NCBI GenBank assembly: GCA_963753595.1
Contig: CAVWCX010000035.1
Span: 1 to 40,004, forward strand
Source: Candidatus Methanoperedenaceae archaeon
Lineage (GTDB): Archaea > Halobacteriota > Methanosarcinia > Methanosarcinales > Methanoperedenaceae
Length of the DNA stretch: 40,004 nt
Direction: 5' to 3'
Under the pieces are notes generated by a model that was not told where the DNA came from, ran no database searches, and was given only the letters and a program-made list of their open reading frames with translations. Shown one piece after another: positions 1 to 14,658 of this stretch. The translations under genes and the position numbers were made by a program. Numbering within the stretch: the first letter of the stretch is position 1; each line of letters begins with the position of its first letter.

Positions 1-1730
1 GAGGTTGACCGACATTTGATATCAAATACAGTTTATTCAAGCAATGTTTCAGCAATAATTGCCTAATTTTTCAGACAAACAAAAAAAAACGATACTTCTT
101 CTCCAATTTAACATCTTACTTCAATAAATCCATTCAAAAAGTTCCACATTCTTCTCAGGTTTGAAGCAATGCAGGTAAGATTGAACTCAATTTTCGCCCC
201 ATTAATCCCTCTCAACAGAAATTCCCTGAACCCAAGATTCCTCTTGATATGACCAAAGATGCACTCCACGACCTTTTTCCTCGTCTGATATGTCAATGCT
301 CCCTCTTTTGACATCAATTTAGAAGCCATCTTCCTTCTTTCCTCTTCCATCCCCTCATAATTCTTGATCACTTTTCCATCCCGAGAGTTCTTTGAACATT
401 TTTTACGATCAGGACATTGCTTACACTGAGTGCCTTTATAAATCCGCACATTTCTGTTTTTGGCAATATCCACATACTCAAAACGGAACGTCAGTTTCTG
501 ATTATTGGGGCAAATGAAACAATCTTCTATCGGGTCATAATCGAAATTCTCTTTACCGAATGGGTTTTCTGGTTTTCCTTCATTTTTGTTCAGGTTTGAT
601 GCCGTTTTTTCATCCGGGATATAGCCATCCAGCTTTTTTTTCTTCATGAATTTGAGATTCTTGCTGCTTGAATATCCATTATCAGCACTCACCTTCGTAC
701 CTTCCGGAAGGGTTCCAACATTCTCTTCTGCCTGTATTATCTGAGGCTTAAGCTGATTTGCATCCCTTACCTCTGACGTGACATCGTTGGAAATGATTAT
801 CCCAAAAGAAGAATCCGCTGTTATCTGAGGATTATAGGAATATTCAGTGACCTTCTTGTTATTTGGCATGAACCTGCTTTCAGGATCAGTAGCACTGATG
901 GCACTCTCTGATTTTTCGATTTCTTTTTCGATCTTATCAACCTGTTTCTTGATTTTTTCTTTTTGTTCTTTGCTCCCTGACTGATATTTCTCTTTCAATT
1001 TTTCCGCTATCGTTTTGTCAAAGATGTTATCTGGCAGCTCATCGATATTCTTATCACCATGGATCCTGTCCTCTTCCTCGTCTATTCTGATGCCTTCTTC
1101 CAGTTCTCTTTCAACGAGTTCCTTCAATTTTAAAAAATCATCTTTTGTTACTGCACTGTGATTTGATGCATTGGCTTTTATTTTTGTTCCATCAATGCAT
1201 ATGTGACCAAGAGATACCATGCCAAGATCTTTTGCGAATTTTACAACTTCATGAAATGATGATTTGACCATTTCAAGATTGTTTTTCCGAAAGTCGCTTA
1301 TCGTCCTGAAATCAGGTTGGAGAAGACCTGCAAGGTAAATGTATACCACGTTCTCTCTAGCATTTTTTGCTATTATCCTTGATGAACGTACTCCATCTAT
1401 TTGACCCAATATCAGAAGCTTGAGGATGAGTTTTGGATGATATGCGGGGTGTCCTGCTCCTTCGTATTCCTTTTCGATATCAGATAGATCCATATTCTGG
1501 ATTATTTTATCAACCAGATGGCAGATGTGATTTTTTGGTATCATATCACGAATGTTTGGAGGTAAGAGCAGTTCCTGGTCTTTGAGGTCTTTATAGAAAG
1601 TCATATTTATTTAAAAACTGTATTTGTATGATATAAATGTTTTGAAATTATTTCGCAAGCAATGGGCTTGATTATAATTTGGAATTATGGAAAAATCGGA
1701 GAGTTTTTCAGTTAATTATCGGACAGCCTC
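1..1730 (-). mobile_element. IS1182-family insertion sequence with imperfect terminal inverted repeats
   Basis: Bases 1-14 GAGGTTGACCGACA versus the reverse complement of 1717-1730 GAGGCTGTCCGATA (11/14 match) bracket a single transposase ORF. The left flank lies outside the window, so a target duplication cannot be checked. Confidence 0.75.
108..1604 (-). CDS. IS1182-family DDE transposase
   Basis: 498 aa. N-terminal DUF772-like motifs (GHPAYHP, SSRxI, PDFRTISDFR), IDGTKIKANAS, ADNGY, Cys-rich CPNNQ...CKQCP...C, and C-terminal RKKVVECIFGHIK. Confidence 0.92.
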   Translation of the reverse strand: MTFYKDLKDQELLLPPNIRDMIPKNHICHLVDKIIQNMDLSDIEKEYEGAGHPAYHPKLILKLLILGQIDGVRSSRIIAKNARENVVYIYLAGLLQPDFRTISDFRKNNLEMVKSSFHEVVKFAKDLGMVSLGHICIDGTKIKANASNHSAVTKDDFLKLKELVERELEEGIRIDEEEDRIHGDKNIDELPDNIFDKTIAEKLKEKYQSGSKEQKEKIKKQVDKIEKEIEKSESAISATDPESRFMPNNKKVTEYSYNPQITADSSFGIIISNDVTSEVRDANQLKPQIIQAEENVGTLPEGTKVSADNGYSSSKNLKFMKKKKLDGYIPDEKTASNLNKNEGKPENPFGKENFDYDPIEDCFICPNNQKLTFRFEYVDIAKNRNVRIYKGTQCKQCPDRKKCSKNSRDGKVIKNYEGMEEERRKMASKLMSKEGALTYQTRKKVVECIFGHIKRNLGFREFLLRGINGAKIEFNLTCIASNLRRMWNFLNGFIEVRC

Positions 1731-1776
1731 CTCGGTCGGGGGTAGCGACTGAAGTGCCCTTACCAATCTACTATTT

Positions 1777-1792
1777 AAAAAAATTAAAAAAA
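1777..1792 (-). terminator. probable archaeal T-tract terminator after rps7
   Basis: Minus strand reads TTTTTTTAATTTTTTT about 30 nt downstream of the rps7 stop. Confidence 0.45.
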
Positions 1793-1819
1793 GTAATCAC
1801 ACAACCAGAGTTGTGCGAT

Positions 1820-2380
1820 TTACCGTGCCGCTTTCGCGACCCTTTCAATATTATCTTTCTTGCCCATGGCATATCCTTTTACGTCATGGTTGGCTGCAGC
1901 GATGATCTCTTCTGCAAGCGCATTCGCAAGAGTTTTCTTTGTACCGAAAGCTGCCTTCTGGGCACCTTCAGCGATAAGGCGAAGAGCTGTATCTACACGG
2001 CGCTGCGGAGCAGTATCAACTGATTTTGGAACCGCAATACCACCGTATTGTAATCTGACGGTTTCCTCTCTTGGCCCTGCATTAGTAATGGCATTTGCAA
2101 GAACTTGTATCGGATTCTGACCGGTCTTCTTGTTAACAGTTTCAAATGCTTCCATCATTATCGTTGTAACAGTAATCTTGGCGCCCGTATTATGCTCTTC
2201 ACGCATGACTTTATTTATGAGCCTCTCCACAATGTTCAGGTTCGTCTTGGCGAACTGTTTTTTTGAATTCTTGCCACCTGAATGCGGAACAACTGTAGGT
2301 GTAAGATTAATATAACCCTTAACACTTGGATCTTTGACCTCAACTTCTGTAAAATCCCATTTTCCGAATAGTTTCTGCAT
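1820..2380 (-). CDS. rps7: 30S ribosomal protein uS7
   Basis: 186 aa with LFGKW start, [24 protein letters not shown] and ERVAKAAR end; canonical position after S12. Confidence 0.97.
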   Translation of the reverse strand: MQKLFGKWDFTEVEVKDPSVKGYINLTPTVVPHSGGKNSKKQFAKTNLNIVERLINKVMREEHNTGAKITVTTIMMEAFETVNKKTGQNPIQVLANAITNAGPREETVRLQYGGIAVPKSVDTAPQRRVDTALRLIAEGAQKAAFGTKKTLANALAEEIIAAANHDVKGYAMGKKDNIERVAKAAR

Positions 2381-2381
2381 A

Positions 2382-2810
2382 TTATCTCACCGGTTTTGCC
2401 TTTTTACCAAGAACCATTTGTCTTAGATCAACATTATTTACAGATATTACTTTCCAGCGAACACCCGGAATATCTCCCATTGCGCCGCCCATTTTTCCAC
2501 CGATCCGTTCCACGATAACTTCATCGTGTTCGTCTATGAAATTAATAGCTCCGTCCAGGGGACAGAAAGCTGTTACCTGTTTGCCGTTCTTGATGAGCTG
2601 AAGCCTGATGCATTTCCTGATCCCTGAGTTTGGCTGTTTTGCTTCGATACCGACTTTCTCAAGAGCAATACCCCTTGCTTGTGGGGATCCTCCTAGTGGG
2701 TCAGCCTTTACATCCAAATTAAGGGCTCGTCTTGCGAAATCTCCATCGCGCCATCTATTACTTTTGTCCACGCTCTCTAGTTTACGAGCCGCGTATAATC
2801 CTTTTCCCAT
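2382..2810 (-). CDS. rps12: 30S ribosomal protein uS12
   Basis: [12 protein letters not shown] and [10 protein letters not shown] signature motifs. Confidence 0.98.
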   Translation of the reverse strand: MGKGLYAARKLESVDKSNRWRDGDFARRALNLDVKADPLGGSPQARGIALEKVGIEAKQPNSGIRKCIRLQLIKNGKQVTAFCPLDGAINFIDEHDEVIVERIGGKMGGAMGDIPGVRWKVISVNNVDLRQMVLGKKAKPVR

Positions 2811-2846
2811 GTAGTTTTTTCCTCCAATATGTATATATAATTTAGA

Positions 2847-3278
2847 TCACTGAATTATTACGTCGTTTATGTTATGATGCCTTAAGGAGAGCTTTTTCAC
2901 TTTCTCAATATTTTTGCCGTCTCTCCCGATGGCAAGCCCCTTCTCTTTAGTTGGAACTTCTACATAAGCTATACGCTTGCCATCATTAATTTTAATATTA
3001 ATATTTTTTAAAGTTATTGGATGAAATGCATTTTTAACAAACAAAACAGGATCATCAGAATGTTCGATTATTTCTACTGATTTACCTATAGCCTTTTTCA
3101 CGTTGTTGATATGTTCCCCGCCTTTTCCTATGGCTAATCCCATATCTCCGTTCCTGACTACAAAAAGAAGCCTGTTGTTCTCGGTATCCTCATAGCAATC
3201 TTTTGCCTGCGCCCCGGTTATTTTTTCAAATAACGCTATGTACCTTATTCCATCCATGCTTAACTTAACTTCACTCAT
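2847..3278 (-). CDS. nusA: archaeal NusA-like transcription factor (two KH domains)
   Basis: Two GLAIGxxG KH loops; conserved position between L30e and S12. Confidence 0.95.
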   Translation of the reverse strand: MSEVKLSMDGIRYIALFEKITGAQAKDCYEDTENNRLLFVVRNGDMGLAIGKGGEHINNVKKAIGKSVEIIEHSDDPVLFVKNAFHPITLKNINIKINDGKRIAYVEVPTKEKGLAIGRDGKNIEKVKKLSLRHHNINDVIIQ

Positions 3279-3565
3279 TCATTCTCCTTTAAAGAGAGTA
3301 TTCCGGAATCACCTGGATCCAGAACCGCAAAAGTTGTAATTGAAAAAGGTTTTCCACATGCAATCCCAAGATCTACACCGTTTCCAGGATAATTAATTGC
3401 AGGTACTCCTTTTAATTCATTTCTTGTTTTTTCAAGACAATTCGATGATAAAACAACAACCTGTGCGGAACCATTTTTTACAGCATCAATGGCCTGCCGT
3501 GTGCCTACAACAACTTTTCCTGTTGATAAAACGCTTCTGAATACTTTATTGAAATCAGTTTCCAT
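3275..3565 (-). CDS. rpl30e: 50S ribosomal protein eL30
   Basis: TGKVVVG...LGIACGKPF...DPGDS; follows rpoA''. Confidence 0.95.
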   Translation of the reverse strand: METDFNKVFRSVLSTGKVVVGTRQAIDAVKNGSAQVVVLSSNCLEKTRNELKGVPAINYPGNGVDLGIACGKPFSITTFAVLDPGDSGILSLKENE

Positions 3566-3577
3566 ACTTATTCTCCA

Positions 3578-7359
<3,782 letters not shown>

Positions 7360-9174
7360 CTACACAGCATCTTCCAATTCAAGCCTCGGCGCTACGCCAA
7401 GAGATATAATTTCATCAAGAAGCAATTTAAAGGCATAGCTCATTTCAACGGGATGTATATCTGTTTCTGCGCCACAATCATGGCAAATAGTAGTATTCCT
7501 TCTTTTATCCAGTGTGGCGATCATGCCGCAATGAGAACATACATATTCCATGACCCTGTCTGACTCGTCAAGCAATCTTTCCTTAAGGGCCATTGAAGCG
7601 CCATGCCCGATAAGAACATCTCGTTCCATTTCTCCGAACCTTAAGCCACCTTCTCTTGCCCTGCCTTCAGTTGGCTGCCTGGTCAATACCTGTACAGGTC
7701 CGCGTGACCTGGCATGCATTTTTGATGATACCATATGGTACAGTTTCTGGTAAAGGATAACTCCTACAAATATATCCGCCTGGATCTTATTGCCAGTTAT
7801 GCCATCATAAAATACTTCCTTACCGGTGTTTGAAAATCCATATTTCGCCAGTGAGGAGGTTAAATTCTCTTCGGATTCGCCTGAGAAAGCGGTTCCATCG
7901 ATCCTGCGTCCTTCAAGTCCTCCTACTTTACCACCTATCATCTCAAGAACGTGACCTACAGTCATTCTTGAAGGGATAGCATGCGGGTTAATTATAAGGT
8001 CAGGAACCATACCATTTTCTGTAAATGGCATGTCCTCATAAGGTACTATCAGGCCAATTACACCTTTCTGGCCATGCCGTGAGGCGAATTTATCCCCGAT
8101 CTCAGGTATCCTGTAATCCCGTGTCCTTACTTTTGCAAGCCTTGAACCGTTTTCAGATTCGGTAAGTATTACGGTATCTACAATACCCTTCTCATTTGAA
8201 CGCATCGTTACAGAACTTTCCCTGCGCTGCACGGGGCTTAAACCTAATTCTGTTGGCTCTTCCAGGAACCTTGGCGGACTTGTCTTTCCGATCAGGACAT
8301 CATTTGGCCCTACTGGAATTTCAGGATTGACAAGACCATCGCTATCAAGTTGATTATAAACTTCCGCAGTCCTGGCACCCCTTACTTCCGTATCAGGGAT
8401 CTCGAATTTATCTTCCTGACCGCCAGGGTATTTTCTTTCTTCTCCTTCGTTCGTCCTGAAGAAATGACTTCTTCCAAGACCGCGTTCGATCGCACCTTTA
8501 TTTATAACAAGGGCATCTTCAATATTATATCCTTCATAAGATAATACTGCAACAACGAAATTCTGTCCTGCAGGGCGGGTGTCAAAACCGATCGCTTCTG
8601 CAGTCTGGGTCGAAGTAAGCGCTTTCTGGGGATAATGCAATACGTGGGCTCTTGTATCAGGCCTTAATTTCATATTTGGGGTTGACATACCCAGACACTG
8701 TTTGACCATGCCTGCACCCATTGTGTTCCTTGGTGATGCATTGTGTTCCGGGAAAGGAACCATGCCTGTACAGATCCCCAGGATCAAAGACGGATCCATC
8801 TCAAGATGACTATGCTTGGGGTTCAAATTCTTTTCATCGATCGCTATGAACGCATTTTCTTCTTCTTCAGCATCCAGATACTCGATCAAACCAGCATCCA
8901 CAAGACTATCAAAAGTGACTTCCTTCCTTTTCAGGCGTTCAATATGTTCTGGGGTTACAAGAGGTTTGCCGTTTTCAACAATTATTGCCGGGCGTCTTGC
9001 TCTACCCTGGTCTGAGTTGATAATTATCTCATTTGTATCCTCATAGAAGATGATATTCACCTGTTTCTTGATCTCACCCATTCTTCGTTTTTTTCTCAAA
9101 TTATGGACGAGTTCTTTTGGATTTGCAATGGTACCAATAAGTTCACCGTTTAAAAAAACTCTTGCCTTACTCAA
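7360..9174 (-). CDS. rpoB1: RNA polymerase subunit B' (Rpo2C)
   Basis: [23 protein letters not shown] and a C-terminal zinc ribbon. Confidence 0.98.
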   Translation of the reverse strand: MSKARVFLNGELIGTIANPKELVHNLRKKRRMGEIKKQVNIIFYEDTNEIIINSDQGRARRPAIIVENGKPLVTPEHIERLKRKEVTFDSLVDAGLIEYLDAEEEENAFIAIDEKNLNPKHSHLEMDPSLILGICTGMVPFPEHNASPRNTMGAGMVKQCLGMSTPNMKLRPDTRAHVLHYPQKALTSTQTAEAIGFDTRPAGQNFVVAVLSYEGYNIEDALVINKGAIERGLGRSHFFRTNEGEERKYPGGQEDKFEIPDTEVRGARTAEVYNQLDSDGLVNPEIPVGPNDVLIGKTSPPRFLEEPTELGLSPVQRRESSVTMRSNEKGIVDTVILTESENGSRLAKVRTRDYRIPEIGDKFASRHGQKGVIGLIVPYEDMPFTENGMVPDLIINPHAIPSRMTVGHVLEMIGGKVGGLEGRRIDGTAFSGESEENLTSSLAKYGFSNTGKEVFYDGITGNKIQADIFVGVILYQKLYHMVSSKMHARSRGPVQVLTRQPTEGRAREGGLRFGEMERDVLIGHGASMALKERLLDESDRVMEYVCSHCGMIATLDKRRNTTICHDCGAETDIHPVEMSYAFKLLLDEIISLGVAPRLELEDAV

Positions 9175-10762
9175 ATGATTCAGCCTCCTCTTCCGGCATG
9201 TTTACTTTTATTTCTTCAGCTTCTTCAAGCGCTTCTAATTCCGTAGCATATGTCGTGGGAACTTCTTCCATTCCAAGAAGTTGGGGTATGATCGGCGCCG
9301 TGCCCATGTCAAGGAGCATTTTCTTAAGCTGTGATTCATTACCTGCAGCTGTTGATATCTCCACTAGCTGCGCAAAGTTTTTTACAAGTCCGCAGTTGGG
9401 GCCTTCAGGTGTTTCTGACGGGCATATTCTTCCCCACTGGGTGGGATGCAAGTCCCTTGCTTCAAAATGCGGTTGTGCTCTTGATAATGGTGAAATGACC
9501 CTTCTTAAATGTGAGAGGGTCGCAATATAATCCGTTCTGTCAAGCAATTGTGAAACTCCTGTTCTGCCCCCTACCCAGTTACCGGTAGCCAGGGCATGTA
9601 CAAGTCGTTCGGTTAAAACATCTGACCTGACAATTGTTGTGACATTCAAATCCCTGTTCCTCATGCTTGCTCTTTCAAGCTGGTATTTGATATCGCGTGT
9701 GAGCCTGTTGAAAGATACCCTGAACAGGTCTTCGATCAATTCTCCGGATAGTTTGAGCCTCTTATTTGCATAATGGTCTTTATCGTCGCTGCCTCTTTTG
9801 GCGAGCGCCAGTTCAAAACATGCCTGAGCCATGCGGCCGATAAACTGTGCTTTTACGATCCTGTGAATTTCATCATTCCCCAGGTGGGGTAATAAATATC
9901 GGTCAATAACATAATTCGCCCTTTTGACCTGGTAATCCCTGGATTGGCCTGAAGCCACCCGTAACCCGATTTTTTCCATTGCTTCGACCTTGTTGGCAGC
10001 TTCAGCTTCTTCAAGGTTCTCAAGCATGAATTTGATGATCTCGGGGTCATCAGACACTGTATTGACAATGTCCTGGTCAGTCTCGATGCCAAGCGCCCTC
10101 ATAAGAGTGACGAAATTGATCCTGCCCGATATGGATGGGAATGAAACTTCAAGGATCGATTTTTTGTTCCTCTCAACAACAACAAGGGCGCGATAGCCCC
10201 TGCGCTGCGAGAATACTTTGGCAACTTCAATATTCTCACCATAGCGTTCTTCCATCTCCACAAGGATCTTATTCGGGGCAAGATCTTCAAGTGTAGTTAT
10301 AACGCGTTCCGTACCGTTCACTATGAAATATCCGCCAGGATCCTGCGGGTCTTCTCCCAGTTCGATCATTTCCTTCTGGGACAATCCTACAAGGTTACAC
10401 GCTTTTGACCATATCATTATCGGTAGTAAGCCGATCTCTGCTTCTTTTTCTTCCTTTTCTCCCTCAGGTGTGACGATCGCCATACTCAGGAAAAGTGGAG
10501 CTGCGTAAGTAATATTTCGAAGACGTGCTTCAGTGGGATGGAGTTTATCAACAGCACCATCTGCCTCCCTCACTACAGGAAAACCGACCCTTATCTTTTT
10601 GAGTTTAACATATGTTCCTTCAATTTCGGTTTCAATTATCCTTTGCTCTTCAATGACTTTCTGAAGACCATGGTCCAGGAAATCATTAAAAGAATCTACA
10701 TGATGTCTAACAATTTTGTCACTTGTAAAATACGCTTTTGATAGTACCCTTCTGTCCAACAT
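9167..10762 (-). CDS. rpoB2: RNA polymerase subunit B'' (Rpo2N)
   Basis: [26 protein letters not shown]; acidic C-terminal tail. Confidence 0.97.
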   Translation of the reverse strand: MLDRRVLSKAYFTSDKIVRHHVDSFNDFLDHGLQKVIEEQRIIETEIEGTYVKLKKIRVGFPVVREADGAVDKLHPTEARLRNITYAAPLFLSMAIVTPEGEKEEKEAEIGLLPIMIWSKACNLVGLSQKEMIELGEDPQDPGGYFIVNGTERVITTLEDLAPNKILVEMEERYGENIEVAKVFSQRRGYRALVVVERNKKSILEVSFPSISGRINFVTLMRALGIETDQDIVNTVSDDPEIIKFMLENLEEAEAANKVEAMEKIGLRVASGQSRDYQVKRANYVIDRYLLPHLGNDEIHRIVKAQFIGRMAQACFELALAKRGSDDKDHYANKRLKLSGELIEDLFRVSFNRLTRDIKYQLERASMRNRDLNVTTIVRSDVLTERLVHALATGNWVGGRTGVSQLLDRTDYIATLSHLRRVISPLSRAQPHFEARDLHPTQWGRICPSETPEGPNCGLVKNFAQLVEISTAAGNESQLKKMLLDMGTAPIIPQLLGMEEVPTTYATELEALEEAEEIKVNMPEEEAESFE

Positions 10763-10780
10763 ATTACCTCTATTTACAGC

Positions 10781-11038
10781 TCACGCGATTACCATACGAT
10801 AATAATAAGCTATACCTGCCGTTTTGCTTTCCCGGGTGATCTTTATTACGTCTCCAACCTTTGCTTTTGCAGCCACTACAGTTGGATCTATTACTCGGAT
10901 TTTAGGCAATTGCTCTTTTTCTACATTAAATTCGGTTAATACTTTTTTAACTTCATCTTCACCTAATATTTCGTGATTCGGTACCATTCTATGTTTAAGG
11001 GGATTGAATTCCCTGCCGGTATTCTCTTTCTCTTTCAC
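10781..11038 (-). CDS. rpoH: RNA polymerase subunit H (Rpo5)
   Basis: HRMVPNHEIL...LPKIRVIDP...GDVIKITRES...YYRMV. Start reassigned to the GTG at 11038 behind GGAGG; the longer ORF-track version runs into the tRNA. Confidence 0.93.
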   Translation of the reverse strand: MKEKENTGREFNPLKHRMVPNHEILGEDEVKKVLTEFNVEKEQLPKIRVIDPTVVAAKAKVGDVIKITRESKTAGIAYYYRMVIA

Positions 11039-11058
11039 ACAATTACCTCCCGGGCAGA

Positions 11059-11147
11059 CGGGCTCGGAGGGATTTGAACCCTCGACCATCGGGTTTCTTC
11101 TCATTTGAATAAAAGCCCGGTGCTCTGCCTGACTGAGCTACGAGCCC
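11059..11147 (-). tRNA. tRNA-Lys(UUU) with 15-nt intron at 37/38 (intron 11095-11109)
   Basis: Acceptor stem GGGCTCG/CGAGCCC, D arm GCTC/GAGC, anticodon loop CTTTTA^A, T arm GAGGG TTCAAAT CCCTC. Intron TTCAAATGAGAAGAA forms a bulge-helix-bulge. CCA is not encoded. Confidence 0.95.
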
Positions 11148-11166
11148 AACCGTGTCATCAACGAAT

Positions 11167-11177
11167 CTTAAATAAAC
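11167..11177 (-). promoter_or_regulatory. TATA box upstream of tRNA-Lys/rpo operon
   Basis: Minus-strand TTTATTTAAG about 20-30 nt upstream of the mature tRNA 5' end. Confidence 0.5.
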
Positions 11178-11268
11178 GCTACCAATCACTGATGAAAAAA
11201 ATCCCTCAATAAATGGCAATTCTCTTAAAACCTCGTAGACGTGCGCCCCTTGTACGGCATTATTAAAC

Positions 11269-12126
11269 TTAAATGTTTCCATTGAATTTGATAAACGTAC
11301 CATTGCGATATTCAGCAAAAGCCACATCCAGTTCCTCCTGCGTGTTCATAACAATAGGTCCGGCCCATGCTACAGGTTCGCCAAGAGGTTTGCCCGACAC
11401 AAGGAGGAAATGCAGATTCTTATCGCCGGCTGTGATTTTTACATTATCCCCATCTTTGAAAATTACAAGATGTTCGATGCCGATTGATTTTTTCTTATCT
11501 GCATCAAAAAAACCGCTTCCTTCGACCACATAAGCCAATGCTCTGTACCCACTCTTGATCCCATGTTCAAATTCCACACCAGGCGCCAGTGAAATATCAA
11601 GATACTCGGGGTCAACAACGATATCCCGGACAGGCCCTTTTGTGTTCCCGAATTCTCCGCAAATGATCCTGACCTTAACGTTCTTATCTGTCGTGACCTC
11701 TGGTATCTGCGACTTTTTTACTTCCCTGTACCTGGGTTCCATCATTTTATGGGTGGATGGAAGATTCACCCACAACTGGAAACCCCACATATGTCCATTG
11801 AGTCCCTTTGGCATTTCCTGGTGGATTATTCCGCTTCCAGCGGTCATCCATTGCACATCACCTGGCAGGATCACACCTTTATTTCCCATGCTGTCTCCAT
11901 GTTCGACCCTGCCTTCCAGCATATAAGTCACTGTTTCGATACCCCTGTGCGGATGCCAGGGAAATCCGGCGAGATAGTCAGCAGGATTATCTGAATGAAA
12001 ATCATCAAGAAGCAGGAAAGGATCAAGTTCAGGCACTTCATTGTAACCGAATGCCCTTTTCAGGTGGACTCCCGCGCCTTCCAGCGTAGGTTTGCCTTTT
12101 AATATTTTGTCTATCTTTCTGTTCAT
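11269..12126 (-). CDS. pirin family bicupin protein
   Basis: DPFLLLD, GFPWHPHRGIETVTY, MTAGSGIIHQE, FQLWVNLP, GPIVMNT. Confidence 0.95.
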   Translation of the reverse strand: MNRKIDKILKGKPTLEGAGVHLKRAFGYNEVPELDPFLLLDDFHSDNPADYLAGFPWHPHRGIETVTYMLEGRVEHGDSMGNKGVILPGDVQWMTAGSGIIHQEMPKGLNGHMWGFQLWVNLPSTHKMMEPRYREVKKSQIPEVTTDKNVKVRIICGEFGNTKGPVRDIVVDPEYLDISLAPGVEFEHGIKSGYRALAYVVEGSGFFDADKKKSIGIEHLVIFKDGDNVKITAGDKNLHFLLVSGKPLGEPVAWAGPIVMNTQEELDVAFAEYRNGTFIKFNGNI

Positions 12127-12309
12127 TTTATTGCCACTCCTTTACAATAATGTATATTTGGCGCAGGAGGTTATTATTTTTTGCTTGCTGAGGTTCCTGC
12201 TTATTCTGCGAATTCATTTCGCATACCCCGCACAACCGTATTTTTTCCTCAAAATCCCGATACTTTTTAATGCGCAACCTATATACCCCAAACCGAATCT
12301 AAGAAAGGC

Positions 12310-13457
12310 ATGGTTCATAATATTTATTTTTCAGTATGCGGGGAAGGTTATGGTCATTCCAGCAGGGATATGGCAATAGCCGCGAAACTTAAAAATGCGC
12401 CGGGGCCAACGTTCTCATGGGGAGTTATGGTTATGCGCTGGATCGCCTGAAAAAGAGCTTTGATGGAATTGAAATTGAAAAAGAATTCAAAATGACAGCA
12501 AAAGACGGGGCTTTTGACCTCAAAGCCACAATTTCACAAAGCAGGAATTCAGTATTTCGTTATTCAGGAATAATATCCCAGGAAAAAAAGATCATGGAGG
12601 ATTTTTCTGCAACATGCGTGGTTGCAGATGGCAGGGGCGCCTCTGTTTTTGCGGCTTTCAAACTCGGGTTGCCGTGCATTATAATATCCAACCAGACAAG
12701 CATTGAGTCATTTTTCCATGAAAGTAAATTCCTGTTGAACCTTGTCGGGAAGCCAGTGGACCTGACCCTTAAAACTACGATGGCGCTTGCTGAAGAAGTC
12801 CTGATCCCTGATTTTGCGCCACCCCATACTGTTTGTCTTAATACGTTAAGTAAAGGTGCGCATGTTATGAAAAAACAAAGATTTATCGGACCCGTAGTAT
12901 CTGCCAGATTTGAAACTGATCAACCTGAACCAACAGGGATAAAAAGTCCATTCATCCTGACGATTCTCAGCGGGCATTCATTTTCCCTTCCCATCTTTAA
13001 TGGGATATTAAAGATCGCTGACAGGTTTCCTGAAATAAATTTCCTGGTATTCGCCAAATTCAAAAGCGACAATATCCCGAAAAACACAACCGTTGTGGGA
13101 TTTTGCGAGGATCCATCTCCATATATGGCAGAAGCGCAACTTGTTATTGCCCAGGCAGGCCACAGCACCGCCATGGAAATATTGACTCTTGGAAAACCAG
13201 CCCTCATTATTCCCATTAAAGGACAGATCGAACAGGAATATAATGCCAAAAGGATGAAAGAACTTGGAATGTGTGAAACACTCGATTACGAATCTTTTAA
13301 CAGCGAAGGTCTCTATGAAAAGATCAACCTTCTGTTGAATGATAAAAAATATAAGGAAGAAGCAATGCAATATTCTGAAATAACACGGGAAATGAAAGGA
13401 TCACAAAAAGCTGCGGATATCATTATTGAGTTATCGAACCGGATACAATGCTATTGA
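12310..13457 (+). pseudogene. GT-B glycosyltransferase (MurG/GT28, MJ1255-like), copy 1, +2 frameshift near 12397-12400
   Basis: ATG at 12310 reads MVHNIYFSVCGEGYGHSSRD, matching the paralog N-terminus, but is out of frame with ORF 12417-13457. Removing one GC from GCGC restores KNAGANVLMG. The C-terminal domain has QAGHST...E and GQxEQxxNA. Confidence 0.8.
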
Positions 13458-13504
13458 ACGCTTTGGACAGGTTTTATAATCATTCAAAAAAAATCAGGAA
13501 GAAA

Positions 13505-14648
13505 ATGTTGCACAGGATTTATTTTTCAGTATGCGGGGAAGGCTACGGGCACTCAAGCAGGGATATGGCCATTGCAAAAGAACTTACAAGAGACGGCGCC
13601 AGTGTCCTCATGGGCGGTTATGGGTATGTATTGGAACGATTAAAACAGGGTTTTGATGCGGTTGAAGTTGAAAAGGAATTTGAGATGGTAGGAAATAGAG
13701 GAGCTTTTGATCTTAAAGCCACCATATTTAAAAGTAAGAGCCAGGCATTTTCATTCTCAAAAATAATATCGCAAGAGAAAAAGATCATGGAGGATTTTAA
13801 TGCAACGTGTGTGGTAGCAGATGGAAGAGTTGCTGCGGTTTTTGCGGCTTTCAAACTCGGGATACCGTGCGTTATCATATCCAACCAGACAAGTATTGAA
13901 CAATTTTTTGAAGAAAGTAAGTTCTATTTATGTTTCATAGGAAAGCAAGTTGAATTTACCCTTAAGACCACAATGGCGCTTTCCGAGGTTGTCCTTATCC
14001 CTGATTTCCCGCCCACTCATACAGTTTGCCTGGACAGCTTAAGTAAAAGCAGGCATATCATGAAAAAACAGGTTTTTACAGGGCCTGTCGTGTCCTTTAA
14101 TGAAAATGCAGGATCAATAGCCAGTGATATGCAGAGGCCTTATATCCTTACACTTCTTGGGGGGCATTCATTCAGGCTTCCAATATTTTCAGCGATATTG
14201 AAGATCGCACACAGGTTTCCCGACATGGATTTTCTTATATTCACTAAATTTACGGACAATGATGCCCCTAAAAATGTTATAATAAGGGAATTCGCAAAGG
14301 ATATTTCCGTATATATGAAAAATGCCGGCCTGATAATAACCCAGGCAGGCCACAGCACAGCAATGGAGATATTGACCCTTGGAAAACCAGCTCTTATCAT
14401 CCCTGATGAGGGACAATTGGAGCAGGAAAACAATGCTTCACGAATGAGAGAACTTGGTGATCTCGGAAACTCTTGAATATAGCACACTGAATCCTGAATC
14501 TCTGTTTGAAAAGATCAATTTACTTCTTAACGATGCAGGATTCAGGGAAAAAGCAGGACAATACTCCATGATGTCAGAAACAATGAATGGCCCCCGGAAA
14601 GCAGCGGATATGATCCGGGGATTATCAAACAGGATACAATGTTATTAA
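13505..14648 (+). pseudogene. GT-B glycosyltransferase (MurG/GT28, MJ1255-like), copy 2, +1 frameshift near 14459
   Basis: Start MLHRIYFSVCGEGYGHSSRD at 13505. The frame shifts at GAACTTGGTGATCTCG, and the tail (ISETLEY...LSNRIQCY, ORF 14454-14648) aligns with copy 1's tail. Confidence 0.8.
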
Positions 14649-14658
14649 CAGACCTGAT

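Noticed and set aside
1738-1765. tRNA-like minihelix ending in ACCA
   Set aside because: The stem depends on several G-U pairs, and there is no T or D arm.
11039-11327. ORF-track N-terminal extension of rpoH and ORF 11043-11327
   Set aside because: Both overlap the tRNA-Lys gene; rpoH has a better GTG start with an RBS at 11038.
12127-12309. Short minus-strand frame with CxxC upstream of pirin
   Set aside because: About 50 codons, weak start, single CxxC, and no other support.
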